Below, piece after piece: positions 1 through 12,479 of a stretch of DNA of 53,231 nt. The notes under the pieces are model-generated. The model was not told the DNA's origin, searched no databases, and saw only the letters and a list, made by a program, of their open reading frames with translations. Positions within the stretch are counted from its first letter, which is position 1. Each line of letters begins with the position of its first letter. Origin of the DNA: Chara braunii (taxonomy: Eukaryota; Plantae; Charophyceae); the NCBI GenBank assembly GCA_003427395.1, contig BFEA01000002.1, positions 2,829,739 through 2,882,969 of the forward strand. Reading direction: 5' to 3'. A program made the translations under genes and the position numbers.

Positions 1-88
<88 letters not shown>
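1..88. repeat. (GA)n microsatellite
   Basis: Pure GA dinucleotide run. Similar runs lie at about 1096-1117, 1383-1441, 10476-10541, 18217-18247, 51453-51536 and 51987-52042, mostly bordering N-gaps. Confidence 0.98.
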
Positions 89-93
<5 letters not shown>

Positions 94-470
94 TGAATGA
101 CAAAATTGAAATATGGGTCATATTGCAGCCCCGATCTATTTCGTAGTTAAAATAAAATTTAAAACTTTATTTAATAATTTTGCTGGAAAGATTACAACAA
201 AATTTACAAGCAATCCAATTTTCAGCATTTTCCATGCATTCTTCAGAGCGCGAAAAATCACTTATGTTGGAGTACTTTTTCCTTGGCCCACACATTGTTG
301 AGTGTCAAAAATGAAAAATGTGCCGAATGTGCGCGATGATTATTTATCTGTCTTAGTGTTTTTTTTTTAGTGTTTCTGATATTTTTCATGGAAAGAACAC
401 GACCTAATCAACGGATTCTCAAGTTTTCGTGATTTTCTGCGAATCCTTCTGAGCACAAAAACTTGTGAAA
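89..470 (+). repeat. Dispersed AT-rich repeat directly following (GA)n, copy 1 (copy 2 at about 1441-1810)
   Basis: Both copies begin ...gaa(t/c)gacaaaattgaaatatgggtca right after a GA run and stay alignable through ttctgcgaatcctt...gcacaaaaa. Confidence 0.85.
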
Positions 471-471
471 G

Positions 472-1026
472 TTGCCTCTTCCAAATTGCAGGACTGAACC
501 CGCCGGTACCTTTTTTGTGTAGGGGCCTCGTGGAACGCAATGTTCATGCCCGTCCGCACTAGACCTTGCCTTAACACTTGGGCTTGAGGGCATTGGCCCC
601 TTTCTGGGGGGGGGTCCGCTTCCACCCGAGGACCGGTCCTTCCTTCTTCCAAAAGTCCCAGTTCTACCAGAGCTAGATGTACGTAGTCCGCAATTTTGCC
701 AAGGAACGGTCCCCCAAAACGTTTTGCCCCTTAAGAGGCCACTTTGTGTCCTGGTTGACCGCCCCTGAAAATGTGACACCTTGACACAGACGTCGAACCC
801 CACTATACCGCAGCCCTAAGCAACTAGCTCTTCTATAACCGGGACTTTTGGAAAAAGAAAGAACCGGTCCTCAGGTGGAAGCGAACCTCACAAGAAAAAA
901 GCCAATGCCCTCAGACCCACTCGTTGGGGCAGGGTCTGGTGCGGATGGGCGTGAACGTTGCCTTCCACTAGGCCCCTACACAAAAGAGGTACCGGCTGGT
1001 GCAATCCCACAGTTTACAAGAGGCAA
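472..1026. repeat. Long imperfect inverted repeat (foldback/MITE-like); arms about 472-686 and 816-1026
   Basis: ttgcctctt (472) pairs with aagaggcaa (1018-1026). cttccaaaagtccc pairs with gggacttttggaa. gaggaccggt pairs with accggtcctc. tgtgtaggggcct pairs with aggcccctacaca. Confidence 0.85.
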
Positions 1027-1382
1027 GTGTCTATCGCGTGGGCACGGGGAACACAACCTTAAGGTAGCCAAAGCAATAAGACTAAGCGCGCGCATGAGAG
1101 AGAGAGAGAGAGAGAGAACAAAAAAAGAGACANNNNNNNNNNNNNNNNNNNNNNNNNNNNNNNNNNNNNNNNNNNNNNNNNNNNNNNNNNNNNNNNNNNN
1201 NNNNNNNNNNNNNNNNNNNNNNNNNNNNNNNNNNNNNNNNNNNNNNNNNNNNNNNNNNNNNNNNNNNNNNNNNNNNNNNNNNNNNNNNNNNNNNNNNNNN
1301 NNNNNNNNNNNNNNNNNNNNNNNNNNNNNNNNNNNNNNNNNNNNNNNNNNNNNNNNNNNNNNNNNNNNNNNNNNNNNNNNNN

Positions 1383-1440
<58 letters not shown>

Positions 1441-1443
<3 letters not shown>

Positions 1444-1810
1444 TGAACGACAAAATTGAAATATGGGTCAGAATATGGCTGCGATCTATTTCGCAGTTAA
1501 AATTAAAATATATATATTTAATATTTTTGCTAGAAAGATCACCGCAAAATCTACGAGCAATCAAATTTTCAGCATTTTCCACGCATTCTTCAGAGCATGA
1601 AAAATCATTGAAGTTGAAGTACTTTTCCTTGGCCCACATATGGTTGAGTGCCAAAAATGGAAAATGTGCCAAATTTGCTTGGCGATTATTTCTCAATCTC
1701 AGTGATTTTTTTAAATGTTTTTGATTTTATTTTTTTGTAAAGATCACAATCTAATCTACGGATTCTAAAATTTTTAGATTCTTCTGCGAATCCTTTTTAG
1801 CACAAAAAAA
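1441..1810 (+). repeat. Dispersed AT-rich repeat directly following (GA)n, copy 2
   Basis: Alignable to 89-470 over its length. Confidence 0.85.
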
Positions 1811-2595
1811 CGTCAGGCATGGGCTCTTAGGAGGGCAGGCAGTCCATGTAGACACAAAACCGGTATTGGTCGAGGTCATGGGAGAAAACTAAGATGGTGC
1901 AGTGTTGTCACGAATACCCTTGGAAGGGTATCCGCCCTGATTTTTACGAGTGACAAAAATGAGACTTGAATTGAAACAGGGAAGCTTTGAATTAGAGTGG
2001 TTGTTTTTCCGACGGTTAACAATGCGTTAGACGGTACGAGAAACAGAGTGCGTGGGCGCGCAAGTTTTAGGCACGTGTGATTTTGTTTGGTATGTATAAA
2101 TCGACATTTTGATTAAATTAGGATTTGAAGGTCTATTTGTTTAGTTCACATGTCTGTTTTTGATGCGTGTACGTGCGCAGATGCGACTTTCGTCATGGCA
2201 AGTGTTAGATCTAGCTACCGGTGTTGCGTTTTAAAAGTAACTACATCGGATTTTATTTGAGACGTTGTTTGAAGTCATGTAGTACGTAATGATGATAGGA
2301 CACCTTGTCGTGGTTGCCCACTAGTATGAATTATTTCACTGCCTAGGCAAAGGCATGCGTCAATAAAGATTAGCATATATAAAATTTAACTTTTCACCGC
2401 TAGAATGGTAAAGGTGTGGCTTTGGAGTGAGGAGTAGTGTGTACAACGGATGTCAACGGAACCAGGCCCTTAGTTTGGCGAGTGTCGGCGTTCGCAACCG
2501 TGGATTCGGCCGGTAGGCGAACAATTAGCCCTTGGGGCGTTTCGGTAAACCCACACATGACAAAAAATGAGTTATATGGATTTATTTGTTTACTA

Positions 2596-3170
2596 CCGTC
2601 TTGACCCGAAAATAATGCCCGGGTGTTATATTTAACTTACCCTAAAAATATGAAATTTTTGTTTTTACTCATTTTTTTATAAATAAAACGCCCTTTCGAA
2701 CAAAACATATGGGCATTATATTCGAACAGAACGTCCGTGCGTCATATTCGAATGGAATGCTCGGGCGTTATATTTGAATGTTTCATGGGCAGAGTGTCTT
2801 GAAAAGGTAGTATACATGAGTTTTAAAGGACGGTAAAGGGGGTACATGAGTTTTGAAAAGGGTTGAATGGGGTTTTGACTTCCAAGGGGTATATTTCAAC
2901 TTGATTTTTTATTTTTATTTTTTATTTCTGAGTTTGAATTATAAAGTGACCCTCAACCAAAAGTTAGTCTCATTGCAATCTTAGACAACACATTATTTTT
3001 TTCAGAATTTTTTATTTTATTTTTTTTGGAAATTGTGGGACCTCATTAAAGTTATCATAAATCTACTGAATATAACTTTCAGGTGTTATAAACGGATAAA
3101 ACGCCCGATGGGCGTCCGACGGGTGTTATATTCGTAGACAACGCCTGGCGTTATTTTCGGGTGAAGACAG
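2596..3170. mobile_element. Tc1/mariner (pogo-like) non-autonomous element / MITE
   Basis: TIRs ccgtcttgacccgaaaataatgcc and ggcgttattttcgggtgaagacag, each flanked by TA (2594-2595, 3171-3172). Internal subterminal repeats gg(c/t)gttatatt(c/t)g. Confidence 0.8.
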
Positions 3171-3559
3171 TAGGTTCAAACTTTCTTAGACCTATTGGTT
3201 ATGATGTTGGACTTTCAGACGACAGACAAAGGGATCAAGGCCAACAGGCAGCAATGAAGGAGTAGCAGAGTGTGGTGGAGGAAACTGAGAGGTTGAGGGT
3301 CCAACAAGATTATCCCCGTTGGTTTTATTACCGATCTATACCGCGAGCCTGACCGATGGGACCAAATGGGTGTCAACGGTCTCTTTCTCCTCTCTCTTCC
3401 TAGTTCCTCTTCTTATTTCATTTTCTTCTCTTTATTTTTTTTTTTTTTTTTTTTGTCCTATTTTTTTGGGACACGGTACTAGTTCTAGTAGCGGTACTGA
3501 GACCTGTTATGAAAACAACTGGCCAAGCTATCTCAAGGTCGTCGCCCTTTTTGTTGGAC

Positions 3560-4003
3560 GTGGGATGACCGTCATGGCAGTCGAGGACCTTGAGCACGTA
3601 CCTCTTTAGGCTGGCACATTTGGGTGCTTGCGTGATCAGGATGCTGCTGAAATTCTTGTATCCGGATCGCCTTAAAATACGGACCGAGGAGGTCAACGTG
3701 CATGTGACCCCGTGGGGGCTTGACCCACGAGGTGAAAGAAACCTGAGTAGTAAGGACCCCCAGCAGGTGCACCTTCTGCCAACCTTAATCTGCTGTGAGA
3801 GTTTTTAGTGTGAGCATGCCTGTTGGGATCCGAAAGATGGTAAATTATGCTTGAGAAGGGCGAGACCCGAGGAAAATCTAGTTGAGGCTCGCAGTGATAT
3901 TGACATAAAAGTCGTTTGCGGGGCTTGGGTACAGGGACGAAAAACTGATCGAATCGTCTAGTAGTTGCTTCCCTCTGAAGCTTCCCTCATGATAGCTGGA
4001 GCT
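3560..4003 (+). pseudogene. Degenerate 28S/26S (LSU) rRNA fragment, end of D2 through post-D3 core; 5' boundary approximate
   Basis: Decayed universal LSU motifs: cgccttaaaatacggaccgaggag (canonical cccgtcttgaaacacggaccaaggag), ccgaaagatggtaaattatgc, gatcgaatcgtctagtagttgcttccctctgaagcttccctcatgatagctggagct. Confidence 0.9.
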
Positions 4004-4151
4004 GCAGACCAATTTGGTGCACTGTAATAGCCCGACTGCGCTAACTGAAAGAGAAGAACTAAACCCGAACACGGATCCGTGTCAGGTGGGTTTAAAGGCG
4101 GAGACGGACGTGGCAAAGAATTATGGCGAGGGAGAGACTGCACACCTCGCT

Positions 4152-4555
4152 CGTTTTTGGATAAATTTCAGCGGGGAAAAGTGCTATGTAGTTTTTTTTT
4201 GGTTGTGCGGATCGAATGGCGGATGGGATTGTATATGGGGAGATAGAAGAGAAAGAGCGATCGAGAAAGTGTCAAAGGAGGCGATGAGGTGGAAGGAGGG
4301 AGTAAAATCTCGTATCTCGGTTGTTTCTTGCCCCTTTTTTTCTTTAAGTAAGATGCAAAATGGGGGTTTTCATGTATAGTGAATCGGTTTTCTCATATTA
4401 ATATCGATTTTAGCAAGTAGTATGGGTGCAAAATAGAGGTTTTCATATATGGTGAATCGGTTTTCTCATGTTAATATCGATTTTAGCAAGTAGTATGGGT
4501 GCAACAGGGGTTAGGTGCTCTGCGAGGGGATGTACCTCCCCGTGTTGTCGCAAAA
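4152..4555. repeat. Left arm of a diverged inverted repeat pair (right arm about 8170-8415); includes an internal ~52-bp duplication (4380-4430 / 4452-4503)
   Basis: catgttaatatcgattttagcaagtagtatgggtgc...gggttaggtgctctgcgaggggg aligns to the reverse complement of cccctcgcacaccacctaacccatatagcacccatactagctaaacacgatatttaacatg (8197-8256). Confidence 0.75.
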
Positions 4556-4721
4556 GGTTCAATATCATTTTTGAATAGTTTGTGAGTAGTGGAATGTGAT
4601 CCCTGGTCGTGCGCTCATCATCATGATAGTCCTCGAGCTGATCGTAGTCATGTTCGTCATCAGGTTGATGGTCATCGTGTCCTTCATTGTGGTGGTGGTC
4701 CCGTTCATAACGAAGTTCGTC

Positions 4722-6492
4722 GTGAAGCTCGTGATCCTCGTTTTCGTTCTCGGTGCTTCTCATTGAGTTTGCTATCCTGATCCCGGCGGAACTCTCATTG
4801 AGGTCTCATTAAAGTTCATCGGTGCGGTCGTCATTATCCTGACCCTGTGACTGTTGTTCGTAGGGAGCATGGACGTGTGGTTGTTGGGTGCACGGTTGAT
4901 CAGGGTTGTCATCTCGATCATTATGCTGCTTGGCTTCGTACCTGCCCAGGTGCGGATCGTCATCGTTTCGTTTTCGTCTGAGTGTAACTCGTCATTGTGT
5001 TCATCGGGCTGCTTTCGATCCCACTACAATATAAAGCCGTTAACATGGTCCCAATCTGACAGTGATTGTTGCAGTGGTCTTAGTGGCAGTAGAGTCTTCT
5101 TTCTTGTAATATGGCGGCTTTAATTTGAACGAACCTCACCATGTGAGCAGCCATGTACGTTCATACACATGAAATCACTAAGGAGTGGAGAGTGTTAGTA
5201 AGTGTGAGGCCAAACAGAGGGTGTGTACGAGAGAAAAAGGAGATACAAGGAGTCAAGGAGGGGTAGCAAGGAAAACGAAGTATAAAACGGAGAGAGGTAG
5301 AGGCGAGGCAACTATACGAAGGGGCCAACGTCGGGGCCACTTACCTGGTATGGATAGTGGTGATGTATTTGGCCATGTCCTGGTTAGTGATTCGTTCCTT
5401 CTCAGTTTGCACATTCGGTGAGTAGAAGACGCTCTCATTGTGGTGATCACAGGGTTGAGCTGCTGCACAACCTCGCCATCACCTTCGTGACCATGCTGCT
5501 TGTATTAACGGCCGTCCTCGTGTGGTCGTCATCTTGCAACCCTTGTCCAGAGGGCTGGCCATCATCTCGATTGCGGATGAATCAGGCTTGTTGCAGGGAT
5601 CACTTTCCTCCAGATGGTCGTGTTATACTTGCCCGCCTTTGTCGTCGTGTTGTTCACTTTGATCGCAACTCTCATTTCAACAGACAAGTCCGCTTTGCCT
5701 TTTGAATGAACTAGATCGCATGGGCGGTAATGTGTACTCGACAAACAGATGTATTGATCCGTGCATGTGAAAGAGAGAGAGGGGGGCTTACCTGGTAGCG
5801 CCATTGGAATCAGGCGACCTTCTGCCCATATTCTCACACATATTCAACCCCATTTTGCAAATCGGAGAGAAGCAGAAACCACCTTCCGCAAGGTTGTTCT
5901 CCTGCCTGCACTGCTAGGCACAATTGCCATGCTTTTCCTCCATTTCATTTATATCAATTGCTTTGTGCTTGGCATCTCAAGAAACTTTACTTGTACTTGG
6001 TTGAGGATCAAGCTAGGTGCATTAAGGAGTAGGTACAGTAACTGAAGACGAGAGCACATGAGGAGTAGAGATGCACAAACGTGTGAGCAAGAGAGAAAGG
6101 GAGGGACATGGTGAAGATCACGACCATCCTCGTTTGACAGCAGCATCAGCCTTTCCAACAATACCAATGTTGCTTCGTTGTTGACATCACGAGAGTATGC
6201 TTGTCGACTTACTGCTCACGATCATGTTGTTGTACATAGCTATGGTTTTGCTCATAGTTATAGTGCTACTCGATACTGAAGCCTTGTAGGTAGTAGTCGT
6301 GCTACTCATTCAAAAGGGCAGTTAAGCTCGGTGTTTGATTGAGGTTGGTATTCCCTCCCGTGCTCGTCGTCGAAACCTGTGTTGGTTCTTACAAACGTGC
6401 ACTGCGGTTAGGAGTTGTGCTCATTGGAGGGTATTCTCCTTGGCAAGTACCTATATTGCTGGCAAACTGGTTAGGTAAATATGAAGTTGTAC
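4722..6492 (-). pseudogene. Copy 1 of a ~1.7-kb duplicated segment; probable decayed spliced gene for an Asp/His/Asn/Thr-rich low-complexity protein
   Basis: Colinear with 8770-10472. Minus-strand frames read DELRYERDHHHNEGHDDHQPDD (4443-4763 ORF, overlapping the segment start). Minus-strand donor-like CAG|GTAAG sites lie at about 5340 and 5790. The duplication is certain; the gene interpretation is inferred. Confidence 0.5.
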
Positions 6493-8169
6493 TGCCTCGA
6501 GGGAGTTTTCTGCTAATTAGGAGGGACCTCCACCTAGGGCCGACTTCGTCATCAGCATGCTACTACGTCGACTTATTGTTGTTAACTAAGCAAACCGAGG
6601 ACGTTGGTGCCAAGTTCAAACTATGGAAGGTTCTTGACGCCAAGTTCAACAAATGCTGATTTATTGTTTCCAAAACGAATGCGAGTGGTTGTTGCTACCC
6701 ATTGCAAAAGGGTTGCTGCCGCTGGGCTAAGGTCTGACGGTTATTACCAGTCTTGGGTCCAAAAGACATTGTTGTTGCTATTGAGATTATGCTCCGGACT
6801 GCTGTTGTTGTTCTTCGGGTGGAGGTCAGTACTCCATCAGATCGGTGCTGGTGTGGAACTGCGGAGAAACTTGTTGCTACGACTGCAGTGCCCTTACTGA
6901 CTTCTACTGGTGCCTTGAAGTTGCCATTATTAAATGGTGTAGTGTTGCGACAACACTGCATTTAGACGCTGATAGTGATCTTCCCGCCGGGTTGACGTGA
7001 TCACTATTCTGTTGGAATGTAATAGCTCATAATATTATTTGAATTGGGCACAAGGGTGTGCTCTATTCGAACACAACCTTTCTAGGCTGTGTAGCGACAG
7101 TTTACTCAGAGATTGGAGTAGCGCGGCTTACAGAGGTAACCAAGCTCTACAAAGGGGTTACTGTTGCAACTTGCAAGATTGTCAGAGTGCAGTGACTCTG
7201 TATTTTGGCAGAGGTTTGACCATCTTACTACGTTTATAACCGCCATTGCAGAGCCATCAGGGGATTGAAGTTTCCAAGGCCCTCTTCTGTGAGTCTGAGT
7301 TGAACCCCTTGCATATCTTGAGAGACTGACCTTGCTTGCTCTGCCCTTCTTATTCTCAGTCTAAGTTTTTGGTTCAAAGAGAAGGCGGCAAGCAGGATTA
7401 GAAACACTTAATCTGTACCAAGGCCTCTGTGGGAGGTTCACCCCACTGATTGTGGGAGTCCTGGTGGAACCTAGGCATGGTTCTGGAGGTAGGGAACTGT
7501 CAAGTATACTTTCTCCTTCTGTGTGAAACCATTATACCGCTAACTTTACATCTTTTCGGTTTGACTGACACGTATTTGTCCATCCCTACAAATATTTTGT
7601 TTTTTTCATGATTTAGTCAAATTAAGTAAACGAAATGCATGTATGAAGTTTATTGACATTTTTTGTTTGAAGTCAGAGTAAGGGATGAATTGGGGGCAAG
7701 GTGAGAGGAAGGTGCCCTTACTTGTGTTTGACTGGGTCATCAAAATTGTCAGATTTTGTTTTTAAGATGAATGATACAATTGTTATATTTGTTTTGTTTT
7801 TTGAAGGACAAAGCATTGTTTCTAAGATGAATGGCTTGGTTGTTGTATTTCTCGACCTATTTTTTTCCCAACCAGACCATTTTTATAAGATGATTGGTCT
7901 GGTTGCTACTTCTTTGGGGTTCTGTCTAAATGGTTTTGAAAGTAAGGTAATGTTTTTAAGATTATCGACCTAACTGCTTATTTACATACCTGGTTGGTTT
8001 CTGAACGGATTTTGGGCATTGTTTATAAGATGAACAACCCATGGTTTCGTTTTTTTTTTTGTTGTGGAAGTGAGCCTGAGTGTTAGGTAATGTTTCTAAG
8101 ATGATTGACTCAACTCTCTACATGTTTTTTGTGAGGGAGATTCAGGCCAAAGGGCTAAGTAATATTTTT

Positions 8170-8415
8170 TATCCGCTACAACATGAGAAGGTAAATCCCC
8201 TCGCACACCACCTAACCCATATAGCACCCATACTAGCTAAACACGATATTTAACATGACAGATTAAATCGCCATACATGAATCCTTCATCTCATCGCATG
8301 CTTCGGTACTATTGTCGACCCTCTTTCTCTTTTATCTCCCTATACACTATCCCATCTCACTCCGACTCCTGATAAGACTAAGTATAAACCAATCGCTGAT
8401 TTATAAAAAAAATAA
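8170..8415. repeat. Right arm of inverted repeat pair (left arm about 4152-4555)
   Basis: Reverse-complement similarity to 4152-4555, see that entry. Confidence 0.75.
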
Positions 8416-8469
8416 GGAAAATTTTGGCAAAATCGATTTTCAAAGTTTTTCCTAATTAAATCTAGAAAC

Positions 8470-8765
8470 TTTTCGACAACACTTCTCTTAGAGAAAGTAC
8501 CTTTTCAGAATTTATATTAGGCTAAATATGAAATATAAAATAAGATTTTGACTTTACAAAGTCAAATTTTATCCAACGCCCTGAATTAGTAAAAATATTT
8601 TGACAACACTTCCCCTTGAGAAGTAGGCTTTCAAGATTTATATTAAGTCAAATATACCTTAAAGACAAAAGTTGAATTCTGCAGAGGCCAAATTTAACAA
8701 ACTTTTTATATTTGAAGAAATTTTGGCAACACTTCCCTTAACGAAATTGACTTTCCAAGATTTAT
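8470..8765. repeat. Degenerate tandem repeat, about 3 units of ~125 bp
   Basis: ttt(t/c)g(a/g)caacacttc...tt(t/c)(c/a)agatttata recurs at about 8470, 8598 and 8722. Confidence 0.75.
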
Positions 8766-8769
8766 AGTC

Positions 8770-10472
8770 TTGAAGCTTATGATCGTCGTCTTTATTCCCA
8801 GTCCTTCTCATTGCGGTCGCTATCTTGATCCTGACGAAGTTGCTGGTCGCACGGTTGATCGGACTCGGAGTTGTTATCTCGATTGTTATGCTGCTCAACT
8901 TCATGTCTGCCCAGGTGCAGATCGTTATCGTTTTCGTCCGAGTGCAACTCGTCATTGTGTTCATCAAGCTGCTTTCGATCTCGCTGCTGCATGAAGTCGT
9001 TGTCATGGTCATGAACTGACAGTGATCATCGAGGTGACCTTATTCCCACTCATCACCCTCAGTGGTGGTGGGGTCTTCTTCCCTGTAATATGAGGGTTTT
9101 GATTTGGACGAACCTAGCCATTTGAGCGGCCATGTACGTTAATACATAGGAAACCACCGTGACTAAAGAGTGGCGCATGTGAATAAGTGTGAGGCAGAGC
9201 GGAAGTTGCCTACGGGCGAGAAAGGGGATATAAGGAGGAAATGAGGAGTCAAGGAGCGATAACAAGGAAAATGACGGATAAACGGGAGAGAGGGAGAGGC
9301 GAGGCAACTATACGTATGGGGCAGCGTCGAGGCAACTTACCTAAGTGGGATAGTGGTGATGGGCCTGACCATGTCCCAACTAGTGTTTCATTCCCTCTTA
9401 ATTTGCACATTCGGTGAGTGGAAGAGGTGGTGCTCTGATCGCGGTGATCACAGGGTTGGGCTGCTGCACGAACTCGTCATCACCTATGTGATCGTGCTTC
9501 TTGTATTAACGGTCGTCCTCGTGTGGTCGTCATCTCGCAATCCTCATCCAGAGGGCTGGCCATCACCTTGATTGCCGACGGGTCAGGCTTATCGCAGGGA
9601 TCACTTTCCTCCAGATGGTCATGTTATACTTGCTCGCCTATGTCGTCGTGTTGTTCGCTTTAATCGTGGTCCTCGTTTAGGCAGACAAGCCCGCTTTGTC
9701 TTTTGAATGAACCAGACCACATGGGCGGTTGAGTGCAATCAACAAACAAATGTGCTAATGCGAGCACGTGAGAGAGAAGGGGGGGGGGGACTACCTGGTA
9801 GCGCCATTGGAATCGGGCGGCTTTTTGCCCATGTTTCGTGCAAACTTATCCCCATTTTGCAAATCGGAGTAATGCAAATAACGCCCTACGCAAGGCTGTT
9901 CACCTGCCTGGAGTGCTAGGCACAGTCGCCCTACTTTCATTTGAGTCGGTTGCTTCGTGTCTGGCATCTTAGGAAACTTCACTCGTACCTAGTTGAGGAT
10001 CAAGCGAGGTGCGTTAAGGAGTAGGTACAACAATTGAAGACGGGAGCACATGGAGAGTAGGGACGTACGAGTGTGTGGGCAAGAGAGAAAGGGAGGGACG
10101 TGGTTAAGATAACGACCATCCTCGTTTGTTAGCAGCATCAACCTTACCAGCAATACCGAGGTTACTTTGTTGTTGACATCATGAGAATATGCTTGTCGAC
10201 TTGCTGCTCACGATTGTGTTGTCGTACATTGTTGTGTTATTGCTCACTGTTATAGTGCTGCTCGATATCGAAGCCTTGTTCGTAGTAGTCGTGCTACTCG
10301 TTCAAGAGGGCAGTCAAACTCGGTGTTTGGTTGAGGTTGGTATTCCCTCCCGTGCTCGTCGTCGAAACCTGTGTTGGTTCTTATGAACGTGTACTATGGC
10401 CAAAAGTTGTGCTGGTTGGAGTGTTCTCCTCTATATTGCTGGCAAGCTGCTTGGGTAAATATGAAATTGTAG
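8770..10472 (-). pseudogene. Copy 2 of the ~1.7-kb duplicated segment, cut off by (GA)n and a gap
   Basis: Colinear with 4722-6492, e.g. identical gggatcactttcctccagatggtc and ttgaggttggtattccctcccgtgctcgtcgtcgaaacctgtgttggttctta. Confidence 0.5.
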
Positions 10473-10474
10473 TG

Positions 10475-10541
<67 letters not shown>

Positions 10542-11880
10542 NNNNNNNNNNNNNNNNNNNNNNNNNNNNNNNNNNNNNNNNNNNNNNNNNNNNNNNNNNN
10601 NNNNNNNNNNNNNNNNNNNNNNNNNNNNNNNNNNNNNNNNNNNNNNNNNNNNNNNNNNNNNNNNNNNNNNNNNNNNNNNNNNNNNNNNNNNNNNNNNNNN
10701 NNNNNNNNNNNNNNNNNNNNNNNNNNNNNNNNNNNNNNNNNNNNNNNNNNNNNNNNNNNNNNNNNNNNNNNNNNNNNNNNNNNNNNNNNNNNNNNNNNNN
10801 NNNNNNNNNNNNNNNNNNNNNNNNNNNNNNNNNNNNNNNNNNNNNNNNNNNNNNNNNNNNNNNNNNNNNNNNNNNNNNNNNNNNNNNNNNNNNNNNNNNN
10901 NNNNNNNNNNNNNNNNNNNNNNNNNNNNNNNNNNNNNNNNNNNNNNNNNNNNNNNNNNNNNNNNNNNNNNNNNNNNNNNNNNNNNNNNNNNNNNNNNNNN
11001 NNNNNNNNNNNNNNNNNNNNNNNNNNNNNNNNNNNNNNNNNNNNNNNNNNNNNNNNNNNNNNNNNNNNNNNNNNNNNNNNNNNNNNNNNNNNNNNNNNNN
11101 NNNNNNNNNNNNNNNNNNNNNNNNNNNNNNNNNNNNNNNNNNNNNNNNNNNNNNNNNNNNNNNNNNNNNNNNNNNNNNNNNNNNNNNNNNNNNNNNNNNN
11201 NGTTTTTTGTTCTATTTCGTTTTTAGAATCTCGTTCGTTATTTTTATTTCAATTTTCGGCTTTTTCGGTTATTATTATTTTTGTTCTTAGAAACAATGAC
11301 GTTCCCGCTACCGGTAGCCGGAGGATCGGCTTGATAGATGGGAAAGGTACTGGTGGTTCAACGAGGTGATAAGAGCATCACCGTCAATTGCGCGCGGGTG
11401 GTGAAGGCTCCGTCTATTGCAGCACCTGCTGGAAATCAGGTCCAACGTCCCTGTGTAATACAATACAATATGTTTATGCATGATGCTCGAGGTTGGCTCC
11501 AGCAATCATGTAGAATACCATGTGTCCATGCATGATGTTAAGATATGATTTGAGGAAGACCCATTTCGTCCCCAACTATTCGGATTTGTAGGGAGTTGTA
11601 ACTGCGAGTTATTGCTTTCAAATGGGCGCCCGGGAGGGCCCACGATCTTCCCCCAGAAGCGCCTTGCTATTCTCGTTGCCTTGTGTTGGGAAGGCCGACT
11701 GTGTCTAGGCTATGGGCTTGATACCATGGGTTCCAGAAATGCCTTCAAGTTCAAGTTGGTGTTGTTCATTTTTGCCTTAAGCTCAGAAGGGCGACTTTGT
11801 ATAGGCTTTGAGCTTGATACCTCGGGTCTTCTTGTGCCTGCAGGGTGTGGTCCTATCTGCTGTTCATCCTAAAAATTAAT

Positions 11881-12211
11881 GCCCATTTCGTCAAAATGGA
11901 CATTTTTTATTTTTTGAACGAAATTGAAACCGAGTTTTTTGTTTAAAAACTCGTCAAAATTTGTTGTTCCTGAGGGTCCAGTGTTTGTAAAACGCTGGAC
12001 CCCCTGGATGTACATGGACCTAGCTTGACACCTGACACGTCCAGGCAATCCTGCTTGGAGGTGCCTAGTCTCAAGCTAGGTCCATGTACAGCCAGGGGGT
12101 CCAAACGTTGGACCCTCAGGAACAACAAATTTTGACAAGTTTTCGACCAAAAAACTCGGTTTCAATTTCGTTCAAAAAATAAAATATGTCCATTTTGACG
12201 AAATGGCAATT
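11881..12211. mobile_element. Near-perfect foldback MITE (~330 bp)
   Basis: ccatttcgtcaaaatggaca (11883) pairs with tgtccattttgacgaaatgg (ends 12206). Pairing continues inward to tgtacatggacctagcttga / tcaagctaggtccatgtaca. No clean TSD found. Confidence 0.85.
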
Positions 12212-12479
12212 CTAAGGGTTTAGGGTACCAGTCCTTAATAATTTTGCCCTAGGATGGGAGTCCTTGCTTGACCGACAACCACGAGTGGGGTGGCGATTTG
12301 GTATGAGGAGAGGAAGGGGGGGGGTCGGGGGGTCAGAGGGGGAAAGGTTGGGAAAGCGAGTGGTGGCAGACGGGAAAGGGGAGTGAGGGAGGAGGAGGGA
12401 GATGATTTAGGGTGTTAGGGGTGGTAAGGGGTGAGTACTCCTAACCCGAGACGAGGATAAAGTTGGTTGGATGGAAGGG

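Noticed and set aside
848-1696. Long ORFs with ERERER/SLSLSL and X runs (also 10331-11290, 44032-45308, 51411-52135)
   Set aside because: Artefacts of (GA)n microsatellites and N-gaps.
12211-12226. Telomere-like taagggtttaggg
   Set aside because: Fewer than two full units; expected by chance.
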